Positions 20,889-30,907 of a stretch of DNA of 64,000 nt are shown piece after piece (the first letter of the stretch is position 1; the number at the start of each line of letters is the position of its first letter). The notes under the pieces are model-generated. The model searched no databases. It saw only the letters and a program-made list of their open reading frames with translations, and was not told where the DNA came from. The DNA is from a virus (lineage: Duplodnaviria > Caudoviricetes). A program made the translations under genes and the position numbers. Location: the IMG/VR virus record IMGVR_UViG_3300032007_000023, positions 101,420 to 165,419 of that record, one strand, 5' to 3'.

Positions 20889-22506
20889 TCTCGTCACCTC
20901 CATCTATGAAACTCTCCGTAACAGATACACCTGTTTTATTTACAAAATCATTCAATGTCTTTTGTAAATCTGCCGCTGCTTCAGGATTAAGTTTCTTTGC
21001 TTGACGTTTACTATGAGGATTATCGATAGTATCAATGCCCTCATGAAGATTTACAATGTATTCAAGATACTCTCTTTCTTCAGGCGTAAGTGTTTGACCT
21101 GATTCGAGTAATTGTTTTGCAACCTTGTATGATGTAACTTCTCTATCGAAATTCAATGGATGATCGTCCTTAAGATGTTTATCGATCTTCTGATCTAATT
21201 CTCTCAAACGTTTCATCTTCTCTGCATTCTGTTGATTCAGTTTTATTTGACGATTGTATGAAGATAAGTGTATAGGCAATTTATACATACTCGCAAACAA
21301 ATCACAGAAATATTCTTCCTGGAGTCTTGTTGATAAACCGAATAAAGAAAGCACTTTCTTTTTCAACATTGACAGAGACATTACAGCCAAGCCAACAACA
21401 CCGGCTACCCCAACAACAGCAGAGCCAAATGCAAATCCCAATCCAGCAAGAAGTATGCAACATGTTGCAGATACAACTCGTAATCCTCTTTTGAATATGA
21501 CATAGTCTTTTACCATTTCCATACTCTTGATATACCTCTCAATTTCTTCATCGGTATTTGTTTGGTCTGTATTATGTTTGATATCTTTTTCAAACTTCTT
21601 AACAGCACCCGGATTATCTTGGATTTGTGTTAAGACATACATTCTCTTCATAACGCGTTCTTCATCTATTGATTCATCCTTGATTGAGAATTTATCTTTG
21701 AAACGAGCTATGAAAGAAGATATTGTCGCTTTAGCTCCTTCGAATGATTTAGTATTATGGCATGCTCCTACAGTCTTCTGTATATCATTATGAAGATTCT
21801 TGTTTCTGACACCAATCATATGAACTATGTTATGATATATCTCATGTAACAACACAGCTGTCAATGATTGACCAAAGAGTTTTCTGTTTGCAGGAACCAA
21901 TCCCAATATCTGTTTCATATTGATATTGATCGTTATTGGTAATCCTCCAAGCTGGAAACCCTTTGCTTTAGATATTGTAAGCTTACCAACATCCTTTGGG
22001 AAATTAGAAAGCATTGTACCTGTTGCAGTACTGGTGCTTATATAGATCTTAAATTTACAATCGAATTGCTTTTGTAATTCCTGGAAACCTTTTTCCATGT
22101 TTCCACCTGGATCACGGAATTTCTTTTCGATTGCATTTATAAGCACGGGAGAATATTCAATCTCAGGAGCAAGTGTACTCTTGATGTTTAATTCACCACG
22201 TTCTTGTCTCTGTTTTACTTCATCGAAGTTTGTTTCTTCAAATGGGATTTCAGCATATGCTTCATTAAAAAATTTAATTGCTTGAATAATATGCTTATTT
22301 TCAAATTTGAATACATCCAACTCAGGAGAAGAACCAGGTTCTGCATATCCTTCCTGGAAGCATTGATATTTAGAAATGAGATCAAGCTCTTGAGAAAACT
22401 CCATGATGTGTTGTTGTTTGATATACAACATATCAAGCTGATCAATGACTGCTTCGCTACTGATATCAACACATTCGTTTATAACAGATAAATCCAATAG
22501 TAACAC
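20878..22506 (-). CDS. Propeptide-bearing HExxH (M48-like) metallopeptidase-like virion protein, paralogue of 25912..28218
   Basis: FQE|G leader, LLHEIYHN, hydrophobic hairpin, EEYFCDLFASMY, DHPLNFDRE. Confidence 0.65.
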   Translation of the reverse strand: MLLLDLSVINECVDISSEAVIDQLDMLYIKQQHIMEFSQELDLISKYQCFQEGYAEPGSSPELDVFKFENKHIIQAIKFFNEAYAEIPFEETNFDEVKQRQERGELNIKSTLAPEIEYSPVLINAIEKKFRDPGGNMEKGFQELQKQFDCKFKIYISTSTATGTMLSNFPKDVGKLTISKAKGFQLGGLPITININMKQILGLVPANRKLFGQSLTAVLLHEIYHNIVHMIGVRNKNLHNDIQKTVGACHNTKSFEGAKATISSFIARFKDKFSIKDESIDEERVMKRMYVLTQIQDNPGAVKKFEKDIKHNTDQTNTDEEIERYIKSMEMVKDYVIFKRGLRVVSATCCILLAGLGFAFGSAVVGVAGVVGLAVMSLSMLKKKVLSLFGLSTRLQEEYFCDLFASMYKLPIHLSSYNRQIKLNQQNAEKMKRLRELDQKIDKHLKDDHPLNFDREVTSYKVAKQLLESGQTLTPEEREYLEYIVNLHEGIDTIDNPHSKRQAKKLNPEAAADLQKTLNDFVNKTGVSVTESFIDGGDENGS

Positions 22507-22511
22507 CTCCT

Positions 22512-23264
22512 TTATTCAGGTCTATTTGTATCGGATTTAACATACACATTATCGAATTCTTCATAGTTTTTATCCACGATCTTAATATAATGAATACCTG
22601 TTTTCTGAGTTTCATATTTAAGACGTGCATCCTTTAAATGTTCGATTTCTCTTGAATGCTCCATACGAGGATGTGTATTATCTGATTCCTTGATTTCTAC
22701 TTCCAATGACAATGATGGAATATAGAAGTCGGGTATATAGAGATGGGTAGATCCATCTTTCCATTTATACCAATAATTATTTGGTGATGGACATATAACG
22801 TCATTCGGAGACCAGTCCAATGATTTAAGATGATTCAAGAAATCCTCTTCATAGGAACCAATGATTCTGAACTTATGATCCTGATCCCATACAAAGTCTC
22901 TTGCTTGTGCATGATTGAAAATCATCTTACGTTGCATATCAGCATCATTCAATAAATGAGGTACTCCATATTTATTAACCATTCTGGTATTATGGAAATC
23001 ATTTGCATATGCTGTCTTACAAGCATCAGAACAATATCTTTCGTATTTGAGCGTTTCTTTATTGAAGTGAACTGGATTCTTTTTACATTGAACACATAAA
23101 CGTCCTGTGGGTTTTCCGGTCAATAATGAATAAGCCCATTCTAATGGTTCACAATCATCAGGTACCTGATCATTATGCATTCTCTGAATATGTTTACAGA
23201 ATCTATGTTTGTCATTAAAAGACTTTGGACAAAAAGGACAACGAGTATTCCTCAATATTAACAC
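22512..23264 (-). CDS. Zinc-finger PD-(D/E)xK nuclease (TnsA-N / T4 gp4 head-completion-like)
   Basis: C2H2 finger CPFC...HIQRMH, second CxxC/CxxxC cluster, YIPDFYIPSLSLEVEIKE nuclease motif. Confidence 0.7.
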   Translation of the reverse strand: MLILRNTRCPFCPKSFNDKHRFCKHIQRMHNDQVPDDCEPLEWAYSLLTGKPTGRLCVQCKKNPVHFNKETLKYERYCSDACKTAYANDFHNTRMVNKYGVPHLLNDADMQRKMIFNHAQARDFVWDQDHKFRIIGSYEEDFLNHLKSLDWSPNDVICPSPNNYWYKWKDGSTHLYIPDFYIPSLSLEVEIKESDNTHPRMEHSREIEHLKDARLKYETQKTGIHYIKIVDKNYEEFDNVYVKSDTNRPE

Positions 23265-23405
23265 TCCTTCCTATTTAATAAGTATTTTAGCTTTCGGTTC
23301 CGATGATGGTATAGAAATCATCACAATATATAGAATGTTCGTAAACGGAATGATAATTCCCTACGGATAAAGGGTTTAAATATTTTAATGAAAAGGAGAT
23401 TTGAC

Positions 23406-25895
23406 ATGGCTAACAAAAAGGGTTTAATTGTTGACTGTGAGAAAAAGCCTTCATTTGAATTCAGTGCTTCTTTCAAAAAATCTTTTGATGCTTTGATAGA
23501 TGCATATTCAAAGGCTTTAGCAAAACTCAATAAAGTGTCAACAGGAAAAGATTTTAAGTCAGCTTACGGCGTTTGTAGTTGTAGCTATAAGCTCAGATAC
23601 ATTACTCCAAACGATGTGTCAACCTATGTATCTAATCTTATCAAAGGACTTGAATCTGGATTATTCAAAGACAGAGTTGGTGATGTTGAACTGTTTACAG
23701 TTGCATCAGTAAAACGTTTCATCGAGGACAATGGTTGTCCTGCTTTCGAAGACTCAACTGCTATCGATGAAGCCAACAATTACGTCAATCCAAAGGAACA
23801 AACACTCCATGATCTTGCATGCCTCTGTGAGAATGATATTGGAAACGTTGCTGTATACTCCAATGGAGAAATGGTAAAGAGACTTGATCTCATGAAAGAG
23901 GATGTAGCTAAAATGAATGATATGCATTTTGCTGCAAATCTTAAGAAGATCGTAAATGCTATGCCTGATGTTCTTAAGAAGGGTGACTGCTGGATTCTTG
24001 GTAACAAAGCATACATGCTCACTTTTGAAACATTCCTTCAGGATTTCATTCTCTTCGTATGTACTATCAATATCATAGGAGTACTTCAGCTTATATCATA
24101 TGCAACACCTGATGTTGAATATGATGTAAAGGAAGATGAAAAGACAAAGAAGGTTGTTACAGAGTGCTGTCTTATCAACACAACAAACTACATGGCTCGT
24201 ACAAAAATTCCTTTCAATTGCAATATGAGAGATGTAGTTCTTCAGGACGTTACACCTGACTTCAAGGATGTACATGATGCTATGCATTTCATCATGAAAG
24301 ATCCTCGTTCTCCTATAAGTGTGCTCGTAAACAAGTATGCTTCTAAGGAAGAAATCAGAGATCATATGGATGGTGATTTCATTGGTAGAATGTTTATCGG
24401 TTCCAACTTCAAGGGTTGGTGTGGAGATTACTACAAGAAAGATGGTAAAATGACTGATTCTCCTCGTAATGTAGACAACTTCGATACTGATGTGGATTGG
24501 TTAGATACTATCGCTTTCGGTAATAATTATCTTGACGGAAACTATCGTCGTGATGCTGTCGGTAACAACAAAGTTCATCCTATAATGAACACTCTCGATA
24601 TGATCTATCGTATCTTTGGTAACTGTGAACTCAAGACAAATGAAGAGCTTGCAAATAACATGGTTCGTGTTGCTGGTACAATGAGAAGTATCGTTCATGC
24701 TTACAGAGGGGGTGAGCCTATTGAAAATTATGATCTCACAAAGGACGTTCTTGCTGTTCTTGGAGAGATCTTTACCAGAAACATGCTGAGGCTGTTCTAT
24801 AACAACACTCGTACATTCACCTATGAGGATGATATGCCTGATGCTTGTGCACCCGGTTTTATATGTATGGAAGAATTCACCATGGATGACGTCGATCTTT
24901 CATTCATAATGGAGAATGGTGAACAGCAACAGGGTCAACAGGGTCAGCAGCAAACCGCTGTTCAGCAGGGTAATGCTAAATCTGGTGTTACATTCACAAA
25001 CAAACAGGGTCAACAGGCAAGTCCTTCTGGCGGACCGATGAAGTTAATAACCAAGCTTCTTGATTGGATAAAGAATCAGCTTGCTAAGTTCTCAGGAAAC
25101 TTTGCTAAGAGATATAAGGCATATTCTGATTATGTTCAGAAGAATGCTAAAACAAACGATGCTATCAAAGCTGCTATTGCTGCTGGTAACTTCATTCCTA
25201 ACTTAACGAATATTCCTGCATATCAACTTAATAAAGAGCGTCATATCGGTATGCCAAAAGAAAAGATTATAAGTGAGCTTCTCGATCCATCAAAGGAATA
25301 CAATGCTGCAAAGGGTACATTCCAGATACTTCTCAATGATAAAAATGATGTAATAAATGACATCATGTCTGCTCAGAATAATGCACAGGGTGATGATAAT
25401 GCTAAGGGTAAAGCTGGTATTGAAGTTACTCTGAATTATTTCTTGTATGGTAAGACCAAACCGGAAATGATCAATGGAAAGATGACCGATACATTCTGGG
25501 ATGAACTCGTAGATGAGCTCAAAAACTGTATTCCATTTGTTGATGAAGCAACTAAGGCATTTACTAAGACTTCTACTGATGCAGCTGAAGCAGTAAAGGC
25601 TAAAGCAATGGAAGCTCAGCAGAATAATAACAATGATCTGTCCGCAAGATGTGATCAGGTTTCTAAGTCTCTTGGAAACCTTGAAAATATTCAACGTTCT
25701 GTATTAATCGAGTATGGTACAAAGTTCTTCCAGGGCAGATATAATCTCTATAGAGATATCGTAAATGGATTCAATCAGCAGAATAATAATACTAATACAG
25801 ATCAACCAGCACAGCCTGCACAGCCTGCGGAACCAGCTAATCAACCACCACAAAATGGTGATCAAGCCAACGCTGGTGGAAATAATAATGTATAA
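23406..25895 (+). CDS. Large internal virion protein
   Basis: Start moved to ATG 23406 (AAGGAG RBS). Internal VTE/CME/IME sites followed by a Q-rich linker and amphipathic KLLDWIKNQLAKF helix; Q/N/P-rich tail. Confidence 0.6.
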   Translation: MANKKGLIVDCEKKPSFEFSASFKKSFDALIDAYSKALAKLNKVSTGKDFKSAYGVCSCSYKLRYITPNDVSTYVSNLIKGLESGLFKDRVGDVELFTVASVKRFIEDNGCPAFEDSTAIDEANNYVNPKEQTLHDLACLCENDIGNVAVYSNGEMVKRLDLMKEDVAKMNDMHFAANLKKIVNAMPDVLKKGDCWILGNKAYMLTFETFLQDFILFVCTINIIGVLQLISYATPDVEYDVKEDEKTKKVVTECCLINTTNYMARTKIPFNCNMRDVVLQDVTPDFKDVHDAMHFIMKDPRSPISVLVNKYASKEEIRDHMDGDFIGRMFIGSNFKGWCGDYYKKDGKMTDSPRNVDNFDTDVDWLDTIAFGNNYLDGNYRRDAVGNNKVHPIMNTLDMIYRIFGNCELKTNEELANNMVRVAGTMRSIVHAYRGGEPIENYDLTKDVLAVLGEIFTRNMLRLFYNNTRTFTYEDDMPDACAPGFICMEEFTMDDVDLSFIMENGEQQQGQQGQQQTAVQQGNAKSGVTFTNKQGQQASPSGGPMKLITKLLDWIKNQLAKFSGNFAKRYKAYSDYVQKNAKTNDAIKAAIAAGNFIPNLTNIPAYQLNKERHIGMPKEKIISELLDPSKEYNAAKGTFQILLNDKNDVINDIMSAQNNAQGDDNAKGKAGIEVTLNYFLYGKTKPEMINGKMTDTFWDELVDELKNCIPFVDEATKAFTKTSTDAAEAVKAKAMEAQQNNNNDLSARCDQVSKSLGNLENIQRSVLIEYGTKFFQGRYNLYRDIVNGFNQQNNNTNTDQPAQPAQPAEPANQPPQNGDQANAGGNNNV

Positions 25896-25911
25896 GAAGG
25901 AGGTATAATTT

Positions 25912-28218
25912 ATGCTTAAACACATTTCAGAAGCAGTACAGCCTATTGCGGCAACTCCTTCTGCACCCAAAGCACCTACAATACCAAAGACACCAACACC
26001 TTCTACAAGCTCGGCCGGAAGCACACCAAGTGCTCCGGCTGGTAATGCCGCACCGAAGATAGATACTTCAGCGGTTAAAGCAAAAATAGAAAGTGCTGTA
26101 TCAGAATCTGCTGATCTTATCACAGCACTTGAATGTGTTGGTGCAATGTATGGTATTCCCGCAACAAACATTATTGCAGATCCAAATGCTACTGGTATAA
26201 AGATCAGCAATGACAATATCATTGCTCCTCCAGTACCAGCAAAGAATCAGGCTAAACCAATCATTCAGGCTGTCGGTGGTGTCCTTGATTACATTTCTCA
26301 GAGAATCGATGATAAGCTTAATGCTCATCAGCTTGACAATATTGAGCAAGGTCGTATCGAAGATTCTATAAAGAGAAATGCAAATCCTCAAAAGGGTAAA
26401 GTCATTGGAAGATATGAAGATGATGAGGGTGGAGAGATTCTGGCATATGATACAGGTCTTGTTGATATGCCTAACACTGATGCTGCTCGTTCGAAAGTAG
26501 CCGAACTCAGAGCTTCTAATACTATTCCTACATTCGATCCATCTATTGGAAGTAAGAATCCTGGTGATGAATATTTCAATGATGAGGATGACATCACTAA
26601 TGATGTTGAGATGGAAGCTGCTTCAGATAAATCGGCCGATGCGGTTGATCTTGAAGAGAATGATATTGCTGAAAAGATCCAGGAATCAGCTTATCATGTT
26701 AATATGTATACTAAGATGGGTGATACAACTCACCTTGGTTATGATCTCATGAGAAAGCATGGCTTTGATTTTGTTAAGCCTCTTGATTCAATCGTCATGG
26801 AATCTAAAGAAGAAGATGATGAAAAAGAATCAAAGAAGAATAAGGTTCGTACATCAGATATCAAGTATATGAAGTTTGATAATAAGAACATTCTCAAAGC
26901 TGTTGATTACTTCAATGCAGCTCGTGAAAATCAGGAGAATGCAAAGAAGATGAATCTCAAGGAATTCTTTAATGATCCTAATTTCGACAAAGGTCTTGAT
27001 TGTCTTAATAAACAATTCAACTGCAGAATCAATCTCAGAGTAATCCAGACTAAACCTGGTAAGTATGAGAATTGTTCAACAGCTGTCTACAATGATCTCA
27101 AGAAAAAGCTTACAATATCTAAAGCAAAGGGTTTCCAGCTTGGAGGTCTTCCGATAGATATATTTGTATATAACCATTACTTCGAAAGCTCTGCTCCTAA
27201 TGATATCGAATTATTTGGTCAGACAATGGTTTCTACAATATGTCACGAAATCTTCCATAACATATCATCAGTATTCAGACATGCTAATGCTGTATCAGGT
27301 ATGTCTCTTGCTATGACTCTTGATCTTGCTTCTGCTGCTAAGACACCTGAAGAGAAGAGAATCATCATAACAAACTATGTTGATACTATCGATGAACTTT
27401 CAAAGGGCGGCTTAAGAAATAAGGCAGTTAAGAAGAGACTCATTAAACAGCTTACAGCTCTTAGTGTTGTTGAAAATAATTCAAAGGCTACTAAGGCTGT
27501 TAGTGATGGTGATGCTGATAAGTATATGGATGATCTCATCAAGAGATATAAGAAAGCTGTAAGTAGAAATACTCCCAGTCCTAAGAAGTATATATTCCCT
27601 GCTGTTATTACAGCAGCAGGTATTCTTGGTGCTGTGCTTGGTCATGGCGAAGTTGCTTTACTCGCTGGAAGCGGCGCAGCTGCTCTCGGTGGTTTAACCG
27701 CATTAACTATGCTCTCAGTTGATGTAGAACTCATTGAACTCTCAAAGAAATATGGAAGTGCTAAACTGTACGAGGAATACTTCTGTGACTTGTTTGCAGG
27801 AATGTATAAACTTCCTAAGTTCTTCTTCATTGGTAACAAGGATAAGAAATATGTTGCTAATGATTTCTCAAAGGAAAAGCTCGATGAACTTGCTAAAGTA
27901 GAGATGCAGTTACACAAGGCTATATTCTCTTCATATCCTTCAAACCTTGAGAGAACTCATGCAGGTGTTAGAATCGCCAAGGAATTACTTGAACAGAAGG
28001 ACCTCGACCCACAGATCAAGAAATATTGTGAATGGATCGTTAAGAACTTCTCAAGTGTTCATGATACTAACATCAGTACTATGTACAACAAGACTACTTT
28101 CAATCCCAAGGAAGCAGAGAATCTTGATAAGCATCTTGAGGATCTCATAAAGGATAACAACATAACTCTCACAGAATCATTCCATCAGTGGATCAATTCT
28201 AATGATGAAATATTTTAA
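25912..28218 (+). CDS. HExxH (M48-like) metallopeptidase-like virion protein, paralogue of 20878..22506
   Basis: ICHEIFHN, hydrophobic hairpin, EEYFCDLFAGMY, SYPSNLER; shares KLTISKAKGFQLGGLPI with its paralogue; IQE/VME/LTE sites. Confidence 0.65.
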   Translation: MLKHISEAVQPIAATPSAPKAPTIPKTPTPSTSSAGSTPSAPAGNAAPKIDTSAVKAKIESAVSESADLITALECVGAMYGIPATNIIADPNATGIKISNDNIIAPPVPAKNQAKPIIQAVGGVLDYISQRIDDKLNAHQLDNIEQGRIEDSIKRNANPQKGKVIGRYEDDEGGEILAYDTGLVDMPNTDAARSKVAELRASNTIPTFDPSIGSKNPGDEYFNDEDDITNDVEMEAASDKSADAVDLEENDIAEKIQESAYHVNMYTKMGDTTHLGYDLMRKHGFDFVKPLDSIVMESKEEDDEKESKKNKVRTSDIKYMKFDNKNILKAVDYFNAARENQENAKKMNLKEFFNDPNFDKGLDCLNKQFNCRINLRVIQTKPGKYENCSTAVYNDLKKKLTISKAKGFQLGGLPIDIFVYNHYFESSAPNDIELFGQTMVSTICHEIFHNISSVFRHANAVSGMSLAMTLDLASAAKTPEEKRIIITNYVDTIDELSKGGLRNKAVKKRLIKQLTALSVVENNSKATKAVSDGDADKYMDDLIKRYKKAVSRNTPSPKKYIFPAVITAAGILGAVLGHGEVALLAGSGAAALGGLTALTMLSVDVELIELSKKYGSAKLYEEYFCDLFAGMYKLPKFFFIGNKDKKYVANDFSKEKLDELAKVEMQLHKAIFSSYPSNLERTHAGVRIAKELLEQKDLDPQIKKYCEWIVKNFSSVHDTNISTMYNKTTFNPKEAENLDKHLEDLIKDNNITLTESFHQWINSNDEIF

Positions 28219-28236
28219 GGAGGAGGAATACATATA

Positions 28237-29508
28237 ATGGAAAATTCAATCGTTCGTGATGAAGTCTTAACATCAATAGATTGCATCAATGAAAGCGTTG
28301 ATACTTCCATATTAGCAGTATTCTGTTCTATAATTCAGGAATATGAAAAGATCTCTGTCATGATGGATAATGCAGAAGATGATTGTTTCATATATCAGGA
28401 AGGACAGATCTGGGATACTGCAACAGGTAAGGGAAAGGTTGAAAACGGTTTCATGAAACTTATCGCTTTCATACCTCGTCTCTTCCAGGGAATGTTCAAT
28501 GCAATAACATCTTTGTTCAAAAAGAATGATGAGAAAGATGTTACTAAGAATATGGAACTTGCAAAGAATGCTATACTGTCAGCTGATCAAGCTCAACTTG
28601 CAGAAGCAGCAAATGCAGTTAATAAAACAACAGAGGACAATCTCGGTTTTGACCCCAACAAGAAAGAGTTTGTTCTTAAGCGAGGTCTCAAGCATATAAG
28701 AAACTGGATATTCATTGTAACAGGTCTCAAGCCTATATTCAATAAACTTATATTGAAAATAAAAGGTGGTGAGACTCAGTATGATTCAATGGCCAAAGAA
28801 CTCTATGATGTTCTTAAGGGTAATAAATCCATTGATTCTGAATCATTCTATGTATCAATCGATACACTGAATGAACTTTACAGCGATGGATACAAAGCAT
28901 CTATGGGTATTCGTGGTCTTACATCAGAACTAAGTATGCTTCTTGAAAAGAAGATGCGTGAGGATTTTGCAGATGGTAAGAATGTTGAGAAGCAGGCATC
29001 TGCTAAAAAGCTTCTTGATAATATCTCTAAGAGCTCAAAACATGTTATGAGTTTGACATTTGCTCTTGGTATGATATCAAAGGCAGCATATGTATTCGGT
29101 GGACCTTTATATCGTAAACTCAGAAAGGGTAAGCTTGACCAAGAAGATGTTGAGTTAACCAGTGATACACAAGAAATCCGCGAGCTTAAGAACAAGCTCA
29201 AGGCTCTTAAGCAGCAGGAGAAGACTCTTAAGGCTGATAAGAAGCGTAAGGATGCTAAGCGTGCTGAGATTCTTAAACTTGAAGAAGAGATTAAGAAACT
29301 CGAAAAGCGTGTACCTCAGGCAACAGCATCTCGTGATTCTGCGAAGAATGATGATGAGCGTGGTGATATCCTTTGGAATGAAGAAAATGACAAGGGTGAA
29401 AAGCGTCACGGTGTTGCCAATAAGGCTAATTCCAGAGAAAACTGGGATACAAGATCGCTAGATGAACTGCAAGAGTTCCCTAACTCATCTGATCCAAATA
29501 TCATCTAA
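28237..29508 (+). CDS. Internal head protein with shared propeptide
   Basis: EVLTSIDCINE...IYQE|G leader; FIPRL motif shared with the next gene; coiled-coil C-terminus. Confidence 0.65.
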   Translation: MENSIVRDEVLTSIDCINESVDTSILAVFCSIIQEYEKISVMMDNAEDDCFIYQEGQIWDTATGKGKVENGFMKLIAFIPRLFQGMFNAITSLFKKNDEKDVTKNMELAKNAILSADQAQLAEAANAVNKTTEDNLGFDPNKKEFVLKRGLKHIRNWIFIVTGLKPIFNKLILKIKGGETQYDSMAKELYDVLKGNKSIDSESFYVSIDTLNELYSDGYKASMGIRGLTSELSMLLEKKMREDFADGKNVEKQASAKKLLDNISKSSKHVMSLTFALGMISKAAYVFGGPLYRKLRKGKLDQEDVELTSDTQEIRELKNKLKALKQQEKTLKADKKRKDAKRAEILKLEEEIKKLEKRVPQATASRDSAKNDDERGDILWNEENDKGEKRHGVANKANSRENWDTRSLDELQEFPNSSDPNII

Positions 29509-29516
29509 CAATAATA

Positions 29517-29540
29517 GGGTGGATTGAAATATATCCACCC
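29517..29540. terminator. Intergenic hairpin
   Basis: GGGTGGAT-N8-ATCCACCC. Confidence 0.55.
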
Positions 29541-29568
29541 AATATCATTTACGATTGGAGGTTTTGTT

Positions 29569-30798
29569 TTGAACAAGGAAGCTGTTTTAGAATCTATTGA
29601 TTCTATCGATAGTATATGTCTTGATACTGAGATAGCAGTTCTTGAAGCAATGGTTTCAAGCTATGAAAAATATGCTATCATTGTTGAAAACTGCGACTGC
29701 GAAACTGATCAGTTTGACTTCGTCGTTCAAGAAGGAAAGGTCCTTGACGAAGTTAAAAAGAAGGGTAAGAAAGATAGTAACAAGTTCGTTACTGTTTTAA
29801 TGTTTATTCCTCGTTTGATTAAGACACTTTGTGAGATAATTAAGAAGAAACTTGATTCTTCATATAGTGAAAAAATGAAGGAAGCAGATAAGAAATTCAA
29901 CAGTATCAAGGATAGGAAGGAAAAAGAAAAGAAAGTCAAAGAAGTAAACGAAAAACTTGCTGGCAAGGCTGAGTGCTACATTGACGAAAAGAGTGGAAAG
30001 ATCAAATTCAAAAAAGATCCTAAGAGTATTCCTGCTACAGTAGGTTGGCTTATGGCAACAACTGTTGCTGTATCAAAGGTATATGAAAGAATCAGAGATG
30101 AATTTGATTACGAAAATCCTTCTAAGATTCGTTCATTTATCGATGATCTGGACAAAGCTATTCACGGTGATAAATCTGTCACAAAGAGTGATATCTTTGA
30201 AGGCGGATTAGAAGCAGTTGGTGATGGTTTAAAACACATCACAGGTATTACTGCTGTCATGACAACTACTGCTGGTAGTATAGAAAAGATCGCTGATAAA
30301 ATGCGAATGAATAACATGATCAGTGATAAGTCTGATCCTAAGAAGGAAGAGACTCTGAAAAATGTTACCGAGCTTACAGGCAAGATGACAAAGATCAATG
30401 CTATGATAACTGGAGCCGTTGGCTCTGTTTCTCTCTTCGTTGATTATATTCTGACTCTCTTTGGTATAGGCACTGCTGTTAAGAAAAAGGGTGATGAATC
30501 AGTAGCTGATCTGTACACGGCTGTGGATTCATATATTACTGAAGACTTCAAGAAGAAGCATCCTCAGAAACCAAATGAATCAGATGAAGCATATATCAAT
30601 AGACTTCGTGGTGAAGTAAAGAAGGCTGTTCCTAAAAAGGAGATCTTTGCTAAACAGAAGGAAATTGGTAAAGCTCGTAAGAATAAAGCAAAAGAAGAAT
30701 ATAAACAAAAGAAACAGGAATGGCGTAACAAGGGTAAAGAATCTGAGGGAGCTGAACCTGTCGAAGAAAATAAAGAGGAGGGAAAAGACAATGGATGA
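29569..30798 (+). CDS. Internal head protein with shared propeptide (paralogue of 28237..29508)
   Basis: Start moved to TTG 29569 after GGAGG; AVLESIDSIDS...VVQE|G leader; FIPRL motif. Confidence 0.65.
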   Translation: MNKEAVLESIDSIDSICLDTEIAVLEAMVSSYEKYAIIVENCDCETDQFDFVVQEGKVLDEVKKKGKKDSNKFVTVLMFIPRLIKTLCEIIKKKLDSSYSEKMKEADKKFNSIKDRKEKEKKVKEVNEKLAGKAECYIDEKSGKIKFKKDPKSIPATVGWLMATTVAVSKVYERIRDEFDYENPSKIRSFIDDLDKAIHGDKSVTKSDIFEGGLEAVGDGLKHITGITAVMTTTAGSIEKIADKMRMNNMISDKSDPKKEETLKNVTELTGKMTKINAMITGAVGSVSLFVDYILTLFGIGTAVKKKGDESVADLYTAVDSYITEDFKKKHPQKPNESDEAYINRLRGEVKKAVPKKEIFAKQKEIGKARKNKAKEEYKQKKQEWRNKGKESEGAEPVEENKEEGKDNG

Positions 30799-30886
30799 GA
30801 AGGAAACAGTTGTTATCGAGGAAGAAATCATCCTTGAATCAGAAACAAACAATGAACTCTCTAATGGTAAAGGAGAGGAAGAATAA
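30791..30886 (+). CDS. Small acidic peptide (31 aa) upstream of the endolysin
   Basis: MDEKETVVIEEEIILESETNNELSNGKGEEE, GGAGG RBS, overlaps the stop of the upstream gene. Confidence 0.5.
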   Translation: MDEKETVVIEEEIILESETNNELSNGKGEEE

Positions 30887-30907
30887 GCTGTAAAGGAGGT
30901 TTTTATT

